DNA of 64,000 bases from an uncultured Chloroflexia bacterium (GTDB lineage Bacteria; Chloroflexota; Limnocylindria; Limnocylindrales; CSP1-4): the NCBI GenBank assembly GCA_963734535.1, contig CAVTHS010000003.1, positions 1 to 64,000 on the forward strand. Reading direction: 5' to 3'. Both the position numbers and the translations under genes were made by a program. The first letter of the stretch is position 1, and every line of letters begins with the position of its first letter. The notes under the pieces are model-generated. The model had not been told where the DNA came from. It saw only the letters and a list, made by a program, of their open reading frames with translations, and did not search any database. Positions 19,921-29,761 of the stretch are shown one piece after another.

Positions 19921-20631
19921 ATGATCGGATCGCTCACCGACGGGGTCCAGCAGCTCCTCGCCGGCCTGGGCGGCGCCGACCTCGTCGAGATCACCCTCCT
20001 CTCGCTGGGCGTCTCGGGACTCGCGACCGCCATCAGCCTGCTGATCGGGCTGCCGCTGGGAACGTGGCTTGCGCTCTCACGGTTTCGCAGCCGGGGACTG
20101 GTGCTCAGCGTCGTCAACACGGGCATGGCCCTCCCGCCGGTCGTCGTCGGCCTGTTCGTCGCGTTCCTGCTCTGGCGCAGCGGCCCGCTGGGTGACCTCG
20201 GGCTGATCTACTCGCCCTCGGCGATGGTGATCGCCGAGGTGATCATCGCGACACCGGTCATCCTGGGCCTCACGGTGGCGGCGCTCGGACAGCTGGACCC
20301 GCGACTCCGGCTCCAGCTCATGGGCCTCGGGGCGTCGCGCTGGCAGACCGTGTGGTGGCTCTGGCGGGAGGCGCGGCTGCCGCTGCTCGCGGCGCTGATG
20401 GCCGGCTTCGGGAGCGTGATCTCCGAGGTGGGCGCGGCGATGATGGTCGGCGGCAACATCCTGCACCAGACCCGCGTCCTCACCACCGCGATCGTCGTGG
20501 AGGTGGGCCGCGGCGAGTTCGAGAAGGCCGTCGGGCTCGGGATCGTCCTGCTCGCCCTCGCCTTCGCCGTGAACGGCGTGCTCACCTGGGCCCAGCAGCG
20601 CGGTCCCGGCCGCCAGGACGCCAGCCGGTGA
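19921..20631 (+). CDS. tupB: tungstate ABC transporter permease
   Basis: LPPVVVGL, ISEVGAAMMVGGNI, TRVLTTAIV. Confidence 0.9.
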   Translation: MIGSLTDGVQQLLAGLGGADLVEITLLSLGVSGLATAISLLIGLPLGTWLALSRFRSRGLVLSVVNTGMALPPVVVGLFVAFLLWRSGPLGDLGLIYSPSAMVIAEVIIATPVILGLTVAALGQLDPRLRLQLMGLGASRWQTVWWLWREARLPLLAALMAGFGSVISEVGAAMMVGGNILHQTRVLTTAIVVEVGRGEFEKAVGLGIVLLALAFAVNGVLTWAQQRGPGRQDASR

Positions 20632-21800
20632 CCGACCCCGTCGAGCTGCGCGGCCCGGCTGGTCAGCCGTCACTCGCCGGTCCGCGCGAGCTCACGGTTC
20701 CGGGAGCGCTCGTCGAGCTCCGCGACGCGGTCGTCGTCCGGGGCGCGCGCCCGGTCCTGACGATCGACCACCTTGCCATCGCCGATGGCACCACCCTGGC
20801 CCTCGTCGGCCCGAACGGGGCGGGGAAGAGCACGCTCCTGCTGGCCCTCGCAAGCCTCATCCGCCTGGGCCGCGGGACGCTCTCGTTCCGGGGGACACCG
20901 GTCGGGCGGGGCACCGAGCTCGCCTACCGTCGGCACATCGGGCTCGTGCTGCCCGATCCACTCCTGCTCGACACCACCGTCTTCGCGAATGTCGCGGCGG
21001 GGTTGCGCTTCCGCGGCGTCGCGTCAGCGAGCGTTCGGCCGCGCGTGAATGAATGGCTGGAGCGTCTCGGCGTGGCGCACCTCCACGGCCGCCCGGCGCG
21101 CCAGATCTCCAGCGGCGAGGCCCAGCGGGTGAGCCTGGCCCGGGCCCTCGTCCTCGAACCTGAGCTGCTCCTCCTGGACGAGCCGTTCGCGTCGGTCGAC
21201 GCGGCCACCCGTGCCAGGCTCCTCGACGATCTCGAGGGCCTCCTGCGCGAGACCCGTGTCGCGTGCGTGATCGTGACCCATGATCTCGACGAAGCCGTCC
21301 GGCTGGGCGACCGGATGGCTGTCATGGTCGCGGGGCGCATTCGCCAGGTTGACACGCCCGAACGCGTGCTCGCCGCGCCGGTGGACGAGGACGTGGCGGC
21401 GTTCGTGGGCACCGAGACACGCCTGCCGGGCCGGATCGTCTCGAGCGAGGAGGGCCTCGCCGTCGTCGAGGTCGGCGGAAGCCAGGTGGAGGCCGTCTCG
21501 GCGCTGCCGCCCGGTCGCGCAGTCCTGTGCTGCCTGCGGCCGGAGGACGTGACGCTCTGGTCCGCGAGTCCGCAGCCGAGCCTCACCATGGCCGTGTCGA
21601 GCGCCCGGAATCGGCTGACCGGGCGCGTCGCCCGGATCGTGGCCCAGGGCTCGCTCGTGCGCGTGAGCATCGATTGCGGCGCCACCCTGGTGGCAACGAT
21701 CTCGCGCGCCTCGGCCGCGGACATGGGGCTCGAGGAGGGGGCCACCGTCCTCGCGACGTTCAAGGCCTCGGCCGTTCACCTGATCCCACTCGCTGGCTGA
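20628..21800 (+). CDS. tupC: tungstate ABC transporter ATP-binding protein with TOBE domain
   Basis: GPNGAGKS, ISSGEAQR, LLLDEP, C-terminal SSARN...FKASAV. Confidence 0.88.
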   Translation: MTDPVELRGPAGQPSLAGPRELTVPGALVELRDAVVVRGARPVLTIDHLAIADGTTLALVGPNGAGKSTLLLALASLIRLGRGTLSFRGTPVGRGTELAYRRHIGLVLPDPLLLDTTVFANVAAGLRFRGVASASVRPRVNEWLERLGVAHLHGRPARQISSGEAQRVSLARALVLEPELLLLDEPFASVDAATRARLLDDLEGLLRETRVACVIVTHDLDEAVRLGDRMAVMVAGRIRQVDTPERVLAAPVDEDVAAFVGTETRLPGRIVSSEEGLAVVEVGGSQVEAVSALPPGRAVLCCLRPEDVTLWSASPQPSLTMAVSSARNRLTGRVARIVAQGSLVRVSIDCGATLVATISRASAADMGLEEGATVLATFKASAVHLIPLAG

Positions 21801-21825
21801 CCGAGCCTCGAAGCGCGCCCCGCGA

Positions 21826-22050
21826 TCAACCCCCGCCGATCACCGGGAAGATCGCGAGGATGTCGCCGGCGGCAGGGCAGAAGTCGAGCTCCACGTGGCG
21901 CGCGTTCACGAGCACCACCCCGATCTCGGCGACCGGGATCTTCAGGTCGCGAACGATCTCCGCGACGGACGTGGACGGCGGGTAGTCCCGCGCCTCGACC
22001 GCAAAGCGACCCTTCTGGAACGACGCGAAGAGCTTGATGGTCACGATCAC
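21826..22050 (-). CDS. moaD: MoaD/ThiS sulfur carrier
   Basis: 74 aa, IKLFASF, VLVN, ends FPVIGGG. Confidence 0.9.
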   Translation of the reverse strand: MIVTIKLFASFQKGRFAVEARDYPPSTSVAEIVRDLKIPVAEIGVVLVNARHVELDFCPAAGDILAIFPVIGGG

Positions 22051-22063
22051 CGCCTGGCCGGAG

Positions 22064-22612
22064 TCAGGGCGCAGTCACCCGGAGCGAGACCCATCTTGCC
22101 TCGGGATCGTCGACGGCGTCTCGATCGTCGGCGCACCACGCCCGCAGCGTGGCGGTCGCCTCGCATCGATCGACCATGACGCCGCGCTGCAGGAGCGCCG
22201 GGCCGATCTCACGCAGGACCGTGTTGAACAGCTTCAGGCGGACCGTACCGGGCGGCCCGTCGGCCTCGTCGCGGCCCTCGGGCACCGCGCCGTCCCCAGC
22301 CTTCCAGCTGATCTCCGAGCGCATGACGGAATAGAAGCCACCCCTGCGCAGCGTGGCGCCGACCATCCCGGGCATCGCCGCCGACAGGGTCAGCGTCGAG
22401 CCCGGCCCGACGATGGCGGCCGTGAGGTCGTCGACCACGGAGCCGTCCAGGAACACGGTCGCAATCCGATCCCGAATGTAGGCGGGGTCGATCCCGAGCT
22501 GTCCCGTGAGGAAGTCGCCGACCGGGCAGCGCGCCGCGATCGGACAGAAGACGCCGCGCTGGAGCAGCCCGCTGAAGTCCGACCAGCGCGGCTCGCCGGA
22601 GGTGATCGTCAT
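22064..22612 (-). CDS. hypothetical protein with ThiS-like segment
   Basis: TVFLDGSVVDDL...GSTLTLSAAMPGMVGA; directly upstream of moaD. Confidence 0.7.
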   Translation of the reverse strand: MTITSGEPRWSDFSGLLQRGVFCPIAARCPVGDFLTGQLGIDPAYIRDRIATVFLDGSVVDDLTAAIVGPGSTLTLSAAMPGMVGATLRRGGFYSVMRSEISWKAGDGAVPEGRDEADGPPGTVRLKLFNTVLREIGPALLQRGVMVDRCEATATLRAWCADDRDAVDDPEARWVSLRVTAP

Positions 22613-22791
22613 CGATCCATGCTGGCACCGAGCCGTATGTGGCGTCACGTGCCGGATGGACCGTGTGATCGCGGTCGCCAGTCGCGGACGAGCGCCCTCG
22701 TCGCCCGGACACGCTGCCGTTCGGCCCGCATGACGTTCCGTCATGACAACGTTCGTACGATGATCAGGGGTCGTTAACCTGGAGGCGCCGC

Positions 22792-24906
22792 GTGAGGCTC
22801 CGCGTCTCGCGGGCTGCCATCACCGGGGGGCTCGCGATCGTCGTGGTCGCGGGACTGGTTGGCGTGGCCGGGTATCTGGTCTACCGCCAGTCATTCGACG
22901 CGATCCTGGCTCAGCGTTTCGCGGAGCTCAAGGTCGTCGGGGATCTGAAGACCGACCAGGTCGTCGCCTGGCGGTGGGAACGCCTCGGCGACGTCGACGG
23001 TGGCGCAGCGTCACTCGGCGGCTCGGATCTGGCCGCCTTCGTCCAGGACCCGGGCCGCGCCACGATCCGCACGGAGCTCGGCGCGCGTCTCGAGGCGTTG
23101 CGACGCGGCCACGACTACACGGACGCGATCCTGGCCGCACCCGACGGCCGGCTCCTGCTTTCGCTCGATCCGAACCTCGCCGAGCTGGACGCGGACGCGC
23201 GCCAGCTCGTTGCGCACGTGGCTGCTTCGAGGGAACCGGCGATGGGGGACTTCGTCCGCGTCAAGCCCTCGGGCCACGTTTCCATCGATGGTGCCGCGCC
23301 GATCCTCGACGTGTCGGGGGTCACGATCGCCGTGCTCATCCTCCGCAACGACCCGGGCCTCCGCCTCTACCCGATGATCCAGTCGTCGCCGATCGCGGGC
23401 CAGTCGGCGGAGACCCTCCTCGTTCGGCGGGACGGCGACCGCGTTCTGTTCCTCAACGCACTCCGCCACCTGGCGGAACCAGCACTCACCGTGAGCGAAC
23501 CGCTCTCGAGCGTCGACGTTCCTTCCGTCGAGGCCGTCCTCGGGCGCGTGGGCGAGTTCCAGGGCGTGGACTATCGCGGCGTGCCCGTGCTGGCCGACCT
23601 CCGGCCCGTGCCCGACTCGCGGTGGTTCATGGTCTCGAAGGTCGACGCTTCCGAGGCGCTCGCCGAGACCGTCACCAGGGGCCAGCTGATCCTCGTCATC
23701 GGTCTGCTGGTCGTGCTCCTGGTCGGCCTGGCGATGGTGCTCGGGTTTCGCACGCGCCAGCGACAGTCGGGACGGGGACTTCGCGAAAGCGAGGCGCGCT
23801 ACCGCACGCTTGCCGAGAGCTCACCGCTGGCCATCTTCGTCAACCGCGAGGACAGGGTCGTCCTGGCGAACCCGGCATGCGTGCGGCTCTTCGGGGCGTC
23901 GTCGCTGCAGGACCTGGTCGGCAGGCCTGCGCTGGAGCTCTTCGCGCCGGACTCGCGGGAGCTGGTTCGCGAGCGCATCCGCGTGGACAGCGAGGAGGTC
24001 CCGCTGGTCGAGGCTCGGATCGTGAGGTTTGACGGCACGGCCGTGGACGTTGAGGCCACTGCCTCGCCCCTCCTGGACGACGGGGTCAAAGCCATCCAGG
24101 TGCTGCTGCGGGACATCACGGAGCACAAGCGGGCACAGGCGGAGATCCGCACGCTCGCCGAGGAGCTCGAGCGAAGGGTCGTCGAGCGCACGGCCGCGCT
24201 CGAGACCGCGAATCGGGAGCTTGAGTCGCTGAGCTACTCGGTCTCCCACGACCTTCGGGCGCCCCTCCGGGCCATCACCGGCTTTGCCTCCATCCTGAGC
24301 CGTCGCTACGGGGCTGGCCTGGACGAGAAGGGCCGCCACTATGTCGACACGATCGTGGAGTCCGGTCTCCAGATGAGCGTCCTCATCGACGAGCTGCTGG
24401 CGTACTCGCGGCTTGGCCGGCGATCGATCCGCGCCGAGCCCGTGCCGCTGGGCCCGCTGGTGGCCGGGCTCCGCACCACGTTCGGCGAGCGGCTCGAGGC
24501 GACCGGGGCGACATTCAGGGTCGTGGAGCCCCTGGCGGTCCCCGTGGGGGACCCGGTCCTGCTCGAGAGGATCCTGCTCAACCTCGTCGACAACGCCCTG
24601 ACCTACCATCGCCCCGATGTGGCCGCGCACGTGACGCTTTCCGCGGTTCGCAGCGACGGTGTCGTGACGATCACCGTCGCCGACAACGGGATCGGCATTC
24701 CGAGCGAATACCGCGAGCGCGTCTTCGAGGTGTTCGCGCGCCTCCACACCGACGAGGAGTTCCCCGGCACGGGCATCGGCCTCTCGGTGGTTCGCAAGGC
24801 CGCACGCCTGATGTCGAGCGAGATCATCCTGGAGTCAACCGAAGGAGCCGGCAGCACGTTCAGCCTCGTGCTGCCGGCTGCACGAAGACGGAGGGCGGCC
24901 GCGTGA
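22792..24906 (+). CDS. Cache/PAS sensor histidine kinase
   Basis: Two TM helices, extracytoplasmic domain, PAS, SYSVSHDLRAPL, DNGIGI, GTGIGL. Confidence 0.92.
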   Translation: MRLRVSRAAITGGLAIVVVAGLVGVAGYLVYRQSFDAILAQRFAELKVVGDLKTDQVVAWRWERLGDVDGGAASLGGSDLAAFVQDPGRATIRTELGARLEALRRGHDYTDAILAAPDGRLLLSLDPNLAELDADARQLVAHVAASREPAMGDFVRVKPSGHVSIDGAAPILDVSGVTIAVLILRNDPGLRLYPMIQSSPIAGQSAETLLVRRDGDRVLFLNALRHLAEPALTVSEPLSSVDVPSVEAVLGRVGEFQGVDYRGVPVLADLRPVPDSRWFMVSKVDASEALAETVTRGQLILVIGLLVVLLVGLAMVLGFRTRQRQSGRGLRESEARYRTLAESSPLAIFVNREDRVVLANPACVRLFGASSLQDLVGRPALELFAPDSRELVRERIRVDSEEVPLVEARIVRFDGTAVDVEATASPLLDDGVKAIQVLLRDITEHKRAQAEIRTLAEELERRVVERTAALETANRELESLSYSVSHDLRAPLRAITGFASILSRRYGAGLDEKGRHYVDTIVESGLQMSVLIDELLAYSRLGRRSIRAEPVPLGPLVAGLRTTFGERLEATGATFRVVEPLAVPVGDPVLLERILLNLVDNALTYHRPDVAAHVTLSAVRSDGVVTITVADNGIGIPSEYRERVFEVFARLHTDEEFPGTGIGLSVVRKAARLMSSEIILESTEGAGSTFSLVLPAARRRRAAA

Positions 24907-25373
24907 CCAGTCCCGAGCGCACGGCGCAGATCCTGCTCGTCGACGACAACCCGAATGACGTCGAGCTCACGCTCGACGCATTTCACGAGGAGAAGCTGTC
25001 CAACCTCGTGGAGGTGGCACGCTCGGGCCAGGAAGCCCTCGATCGGCTCTTCGGTCGGAGTCGCCGACCCGAGGGCGGACGGCATCCGTTGCCTGACCTG
25101 ATCCTGCTCGACATCAAGATGCCGGGCATCGACGGTTTCGAGGTCCTGCGCCAGATCAAGGCCGCCCCTGTCCTGCGGCGGATCCCGGTGGTCATCCTCA
25201 CGTCCTCGCGCGAGGAGGGCGACCGGGCCATGACCTACGACACCGGCGCCAACTCCTACCTCGTCAAGCCGGTCTCCTTCGATGGGATGCTCGAGATCGT
25301 CAAGGGGATCAAGTCGTACTGGCTGACCATCAACGTGCGGCCGCCGTTGCCCGAGGACGAGGCCCAGACGTGA
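24903..25373 (+). CDS. single-domain response regulator (Rcp1-like)
   Basis: ILLVDDN, LLDIKMP, ILTSS, ANSYLVKP. Confidence 0.93.
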   Translation: MTSPERTAQILLVDDNPNDVELTLDAFHEEKLSNLVEVARSGQEALDRLFGRSRRPEGGRHPLPDLILLDIKMPGIDGFEVLRQIKAAPVLRRIPVVILTSSREEGDRAMTYDTGANSYLVKPVSFDGMLEIVKGIKSYWLTINVRPPLPEDEAQT

Positions 25374-25437
25374 ATCGACCTGCGACGGTGACCCGGCCAG
25401 CGGCCGCGGCATTTCCGGGCGCCGGGGGCAGGTCGCG

Positions 25438-27495
25438 ATGACGGAGCCCCTGCGCGTCCTCATCGTCGAGGACCGTCCCTCCGATGCCGAGCTCATGGTC
25501 CTGCGCCTGGAGGAGGAGGGATACTCGCCCGAGTGGGCACGCGTGGAGACCGAGGCGACGTTCGTGACCGGGCTCGAGGCCGCCCCGGAGGTCATCCTCG
25601 CGGACTGGACCCTGCCGAAGTTCACCGGTCTGCGGGCACTTCGCCTGGTCCGCGGCCGCGGGCTCGACACCGCGTTCGTCATCGTCTCTGGCAGCGTCGG
25701 GGAGGAGGCGGCCATCGACGCCATGCACGAGGGTGCGGACGACTACGTGCTGAAAGACCGCATGGCCCGGCTCGGGCCGGCGGTCCGGAGCGCCATGGAG
25801 CGGAAGCGGCTTCGCGAGGTCCAACGGTTGGCGGACGCCGGGCTCCGACAGGCGGCGGCCGTCTTCGACAGCAGCACCGAAGGCGTCGTCCTGACCGCGC
25901 TCGACGGGACGATCGTGGCAGTGAACCGGGCGTTCATGGAGATCACCGGCTACACGGACGGGGAGGTTCTGGGCAGGAACCCGAGGATCCTGTCGTCCGG
26001 GAGACAGGACGAGACCTTCTACCGGGACCTCTGGGCCACCCTGACTGCCACGGGCAGCTGGCGGGGCGAGATCTGGAACCGGCGCAAGGATGGCCGGGTC
26101 TATCCCGAGTGGCTGACCATCAGCGGCGTCAAGGACGACGAGGGGCGAACCACGCAGTTCGTGGGGGTCTTCAGCGACATCGGAGATGTGAAGAAGGCGC
26201 AGGCGGATCTCGACTTCCTGGCACATCACGACGCGCTGACCGGCCTGCCAAATCGGATCCTCCTGGCTGACCGCCTGGAGCAGGCACTGCGGCGGGCCGG
26301 AGAAGAGTCCCTGATGGTCGGCGTGATGAGCCTGGATATCGACCGCTTCGGGCGCGTGAACGACGGCCTGGGCCACCTGGTCGGCGACGCCCTGCTGCAG
26401 GCGATCGCCGGACGGATCGCGGGTTGTCTCGGAGCCGAGGACAGCCTTGCGCGGGCCGGTGGCGACGAGTTCATCATCGTCGTTGGGCGTGCGGCGACCG
26501 CCGCGAACGTGGCCCACCGGGCGCGCGATTACCTGGATTGCCTGGCAACGCCGTTCGAGATCGACGGACACCAGATCGTGGTCACCTGCAGCATCGGCGT
26601 CAGCCTCTTCCCGGCGGACGGCTCCGATGCCGACACGCTGCTCCGCCACGCACAGGCGACGATGCGGCGGTCAAAGTCCGGCGGTCGAAACGGGTTCGCC
26701 TTCGCGGATGCCGGCCTCGCTCGCGAGATCGAGACCAGCCTGGATCTGGAGCACGATCTCCGCGGTGCCGCGGGCCGAGGTGAGCTCGTCGTTCATTACC
26801 AGCCCCAGGTCGACTTGGCCGACCGGTCGCTCGTCGGCGTCGAGGCGCTGGTCCGCTGGCAGCATCCGCAGCGCGGACTGATCCCGCCGCTCATCTTCAT
26901 CCCGATCGCCGAGGAGCTTGGGATCATCGACGAGGTCGGTCGGTGGGTCCTCGCGGAAGCATGCCAGCAGGTGGGGCTGTGGCAGGTTGACGGGTTCGCG
27001 GTACCGCGGGTCGCGGTGAACCTGTCGGCACAGCAGCTCGAACACCCCGACTTCGCCGCGAACGTGCGGAGTGCCCTCGAGGCCGCGGACATCGGGCCGG
27101 AGCGGTTGGAGCTGGAGGTCACGGAGTCGGCGCTGATGGGCCACACCCCGGCAGCCGAAGCGGTCCTGGCACAGCTGCGCCGGCTCAACGTCGAGCTCGT
27201 CATGGACGACTTCGGCACCGGCTACTCGTCGATGGCCCAGCTCATGCGCCTGCCTCTCCGGCGCCTGAAGGTCGACATCTCGTTCGTTCGCGAGATCGGC
27301 AACCCTGCCCCCGAGGCGATCATCCGGGCGATCATCGCCATGGCCACGGGCCTGGGGCTGCAGACCGTGGCCGAGGGTGTCGAGCGGGAGGACCAGCACG
27401 CGTTCCTGCGTGGGGCCGGCTGCGACATCGGTCAGGGCTATCTCTACGGCCGGCCCGTTCCCGCAGATGAGCTCCTGGCCGCCTGGGGCCGATAG
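25438..27495 (+). CDS. REC-PAS-GGDEF-EAL c-di-GMP enzyme
   Basis: Receiver, PAS, HDALTGLPNR, GGDEF, EALVRW, DDFGTGYSS; both catalytic motifs intact. Confidence 0.95.
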   Translation: MTEPLRVLIVEDRPSDAELMVLRLEEEGYSPEWARVETEATFVTGLEAAPEVILADWTLPKFTGLRALRLVRGRGLDTAFVIVSGSVGEEAAIDAMHEGADDYVLKDRMARLGPAVRSAMERKRLREVQRLADAGLRQAAAVFDSSTEGVVLTALDGTIVAVNRAFMEITGYTDGEVLGRNPRILSSGRQDETFYRDLWATLTATGSWRGEIWNRRKDGRVYPEWLTISGVKDDEGRTTQFVGVFSDIGDVKKAQADLDFLAHHDALTGLPNRILLADRLEQALRRAGEESLMVGVMSLDIDRFGRVNDGLGHLVGDALLQAIAGRIAGCLGAEDSLARAGGDEFIIVVGRAATAANVAHRARDYLDCLATPFEIDGHQIVVTCSIGVSLFPADGSDADTLLRHAQATMRRSKSGGRNGFAFADAGLAREIETSLDLEHDLRGAAGRGELVVHYQPQVDLADRSLVGVEALVRWQHPQRGLIPPLIFIPIAEELGIIDEVGRWVLAEACQQVGLWQVDGFAVPRVAVNLSAQQLEHPDFAANVRSALEAADIGPERLELEVTESALMGHTPAAEAVLAQLRRLNVELVMDDFGTGYSSMAQLMRLPLRRLKVDISFVREIGNPAPEAIIRAIIAMATGLGLQTVAEGVEREDQHAFLRGAGCDIGQGYLYGRPVPADELLAAWGR

Positions 27496-27592
27496 CCGCT
27501 CGACAGGCGGGATCGGACCCTCTGCGCGGCCACTGCCCAGCGTTTCCCGTCGCGACCGTCCAAATGCCTCGGGACCCGATGCGACTCGCAGG

Positions 27593-27796
27593 TCAGGGCG
27601 CGACGGCCACCTGGGTCCACGCCGCGCCGAGCGCAACCGGGAGCACGACCAGGATCAGGAGCATGGCGATGGCGATGAGGACCGAGCTGCGCAGGGCATC
27701 CGCCGCGATGTGCCTGAGCTCCGGACCCATCGGCCGGTGACCCAGCGGCCGGAGCGAGGGGCGCCCGACAGGAAGGGCCAGTCTCGCGGTCGTCAT
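27593..27796 (-). CDS. small membrane protein
   Basis: C-terminal TM helix; ATGA coupling to the upstream gene. Confidence 0.6.
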   Translation of the reverse strand: MTTARLALPVGRPSLRPLGHRPMGPELRHIAADALRSSVLIAIAMLLILVVLPVALGAAWTQVAVAP

Positions 27797-27969
27797 GACA
27801 GGCCCGGCGTCGCCCCGAGGGTCACGACCACGACGAGGAGCACCCCGAGGATTCCGAGCAGCAGGCCGACCGCTTCGACCTGGTCGCGTCGGCCGCCATG
27901 CCGTGCCGAAGCCGTTGCGACGCGGCCGGTGAGGTAGCTGCTGGCCTCGGGTGCTTCAGCGGTGGTCAT
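27793..27969 (-). CDS. small membrane protein
   Basis: RBS GGAG, one TM helix. Confidence 0.6.
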   Translation of the reverse strand: MTTAEAPEASSYLTGRVATASARHGGRRDQVEAVGLLLGILGVLLVVVVTLGATPGLS

Positions 27970-28015
27970 CTCCGGTCCCCCCTGGAACGTCGTGCGCGTC
28001 GGCTGGTCGGCGTGG

Positions 28016-28099
28016 TCAACGGGCCTTCGGCCCGCGGACCTTGTCCTGGACGTCTCCAAGGCCGCTCTGCGCGGCGCCCTTGATGTGCTCGTCGGTCAT
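28016..28099 (-). pseudogene. CsbD-like mini-ORF (27 aa), probably internally deleted
   Basis: MTDEHIKGAAQSGLGDVQDKVRGPKAR with RBS GAGGAAGG; resembles the joined ends of CsbD. Confidence 0.5.
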
Positions 28100-28183
28100 G
28101 TCGACCTTCCTCGTGTTCATGCCCGGAGTGTGTGGCCGGCGCAGCGCCATGTCATGACGGGCGGTCATGTGGCGATGTGTGCT

Positions 28184-28326
28184 TCAGCGTCGCCGGCGTC
28201 GCACCGGGCCGAGGGTCAGCCAGTCGACGATCGACCCAACGATCCAGGCCATCAACCGGAGGATCCAGTACACGATTGCCAGTGGCCACGCGATCACGAG
28301 AAGGAGGATCGTGATGAGGCAGCCAT
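28184..28326 (-). CDS. small membrane protein (1-nt indel just after ATG)
   Basis: GCLITILLLVIAWPLAIVYWILRLMAW...RRRRR; the RBS and ATG at 28326 are one base out of frame. Confidence 0.55.
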
Positions 28327-28367
28327 GGTCTCCGCCTCGGCGAACGACCACGATCTGCGGACGCTCC

Positions 28368-28877
28368 CTACCCACGCTTCACGCCGTTTCCGTGTCGCGC
28401 CACACCGGCCACGGCTCGCCAGCGTCCGTCGCGTTTCGGCCGGACAACGGTCACCGGCTCGTGGGCTTCCGGTGCGGCCGGTGCGGCCGGCCCCTCGACG
28501 AACCCGTGCGCGACGGCCGGCTCAGCCGGCCGCGCGACGATTGCCGCACCGATGGCAAGGGCCGGCGCAATGCTCGAGGCGATGACCAGGCGCCGCTTGC
28601 CGGTGAGGAAGAGCCCGGCGCTCAGTCCGACCGAGCTCGCCGCGAGCCACCGGAGGGTCGGGTCGGGGAGGGTCTGGAGCGACCGCGCCGCCTGGCGCGC
28701 GCCGCTCCTCGTCGCAGCGAGCGTGCCCGGTACACGGCCGGCGAACGTCGTGGCGGTCGCCATTGCCGACGAGATCGCTCCTCCCATTCGTCGGGCGACG
28801 CCGGCGCGGCGCTGCCCGGGGTCCGTGCTCGGCGTCCGGTCAGCGCGAGAGCGCCGCCCGGACCTGGTGCCCTTCAT
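28368..28877 (-). CDS. hypothetical membrane-associated protein
   Basis: Ala-rich helix and two hydrophobic segments. Confidence 0.5.
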   Translation of the reverse strand: MKGTRSGRRSRADRTPSTDPGQRRAGVARRMGGAISSAMATATTFAGRVPGTLAATRSGARQAARSLQTLPDPTLRWLAASSVGLSAGLFLTGKRRLVIASSIAPALAIGAAIVARPAEPAVAHGFVEGPAAPAAPEAHEPVTVVRPKRDGRWRAVAGVARHGNGVKRG

Positions 28878-28901
28878 CGTTCGCGCCTGACGCAGCTGAC
28901 G

Positions 28902-29168
28902 TCAGCGGCGAAGAAGGCCACGCGAACCCGTCGCGAGGTGGACCACGAAGACGACGACGATCGCCCCGAGGGTCGCGATCACGATGCTCTCGATGTTGAT
29001 GCCGCTGACGTCGCCCTTGTGGAAGACGGCCTGGGCGAGGAAGCCGCCAACCAGGGCGCCGACGATCCCCAGCACGATCATCATCAGCAGGCCTTCACGC
29101 GCGCGCATGACCTGGCTGGCGAGGAAGCCGGCGATCGCGCCGACCACGATCCAGGCGATGAAGCTCAT
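28902..29168 (-). CDS. GlsB/YeaQ/YmgE (transglycosylase-associated) stress membrane protein
   Basis: IAWIVVGAIAGFLA...IVLGIVGALVGG...ATLGAIVV. Confidence 0.92.
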   Translation of the reverse strand: MSFIAWIVVGAIAGFLASQVMRAREGLLMMIVLGIVGALVGGFLAQAVFHKGDVSGINIESIVIATLGAIVVVFVVHLATGSRGLLRR

Positions 29169-29281
29169 TGGTTGCGTTCCTTCCGGGGTGTGCGGCCACG
29201 GTCGGCCGACACGGTGCGCGGACGGAGGCCCGCCCGACTGGAGACCGCCCTGCGGTCAGGTGCGTTGGGAGCGTGGTCCGG

Positions 29282-29761
29282 TCAGGCGGGCTCGCGCCGG
29301 AAGATGCCAAGCGCCCAGATCACGATGAGCTCGAGGAGCGACCAGCCGACGAAGGCCAGGACGGCGGCAACATCGAGCACCGAGCCCGCGGTGTGCAGCG
29401 AGTCCTTCCCGAGGATCCCGACGAATGGCGCCACGAACACCTGGCTGACGTTGAGGACGCCGGACACGAGGCCGTTGGCTTCCCGTGCGTCCAGCAGCAG
29501 CAGGACGATGCGCGCCCCGATGACGATCTGGATCAACCCGAAGACGAGCACGATGATCCGACGGGCCATCTCGGAACCGCCGGGACCCGCCCTCGTGATG
29601 TGCCGGCTGTCCGTCCGCACGGTCTCCTGCGACACGGACTGGGCGACTGGCTGGCTCGTCGTGGCGAGCGGCGGCTGGCCCGCCGTGGCGAGCGGCGGCT
29701 GGCCCGCCGTCGGCGTGCGTTCCTGGGTGACGACCGTTCGATCCAACCGATCGATGCTCAT
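29282..29761 (-). CDS. YggT-like membrane protein
   Basis: RIVLLLLDA...SQVFVAPFVGI...DVAAVLAFVGW; 24-nt tandem duplication in the N-terminal linker. Confidence 0.7.
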   Translation of the reverse strand: MSIDRLDRTVVTQERTPTAGQPPLATAGQPPLATTSQPVAQSVSQETVRTDSRHITRAGPGGSEMARRIIVLVFGLIQIVIGARIVLLLLDAREANGLVSGVLNVSQVFVAPFVGILGKDSLHTAGSVLDVAAVLAFVGWSLLELIVIWALGIFRREPA

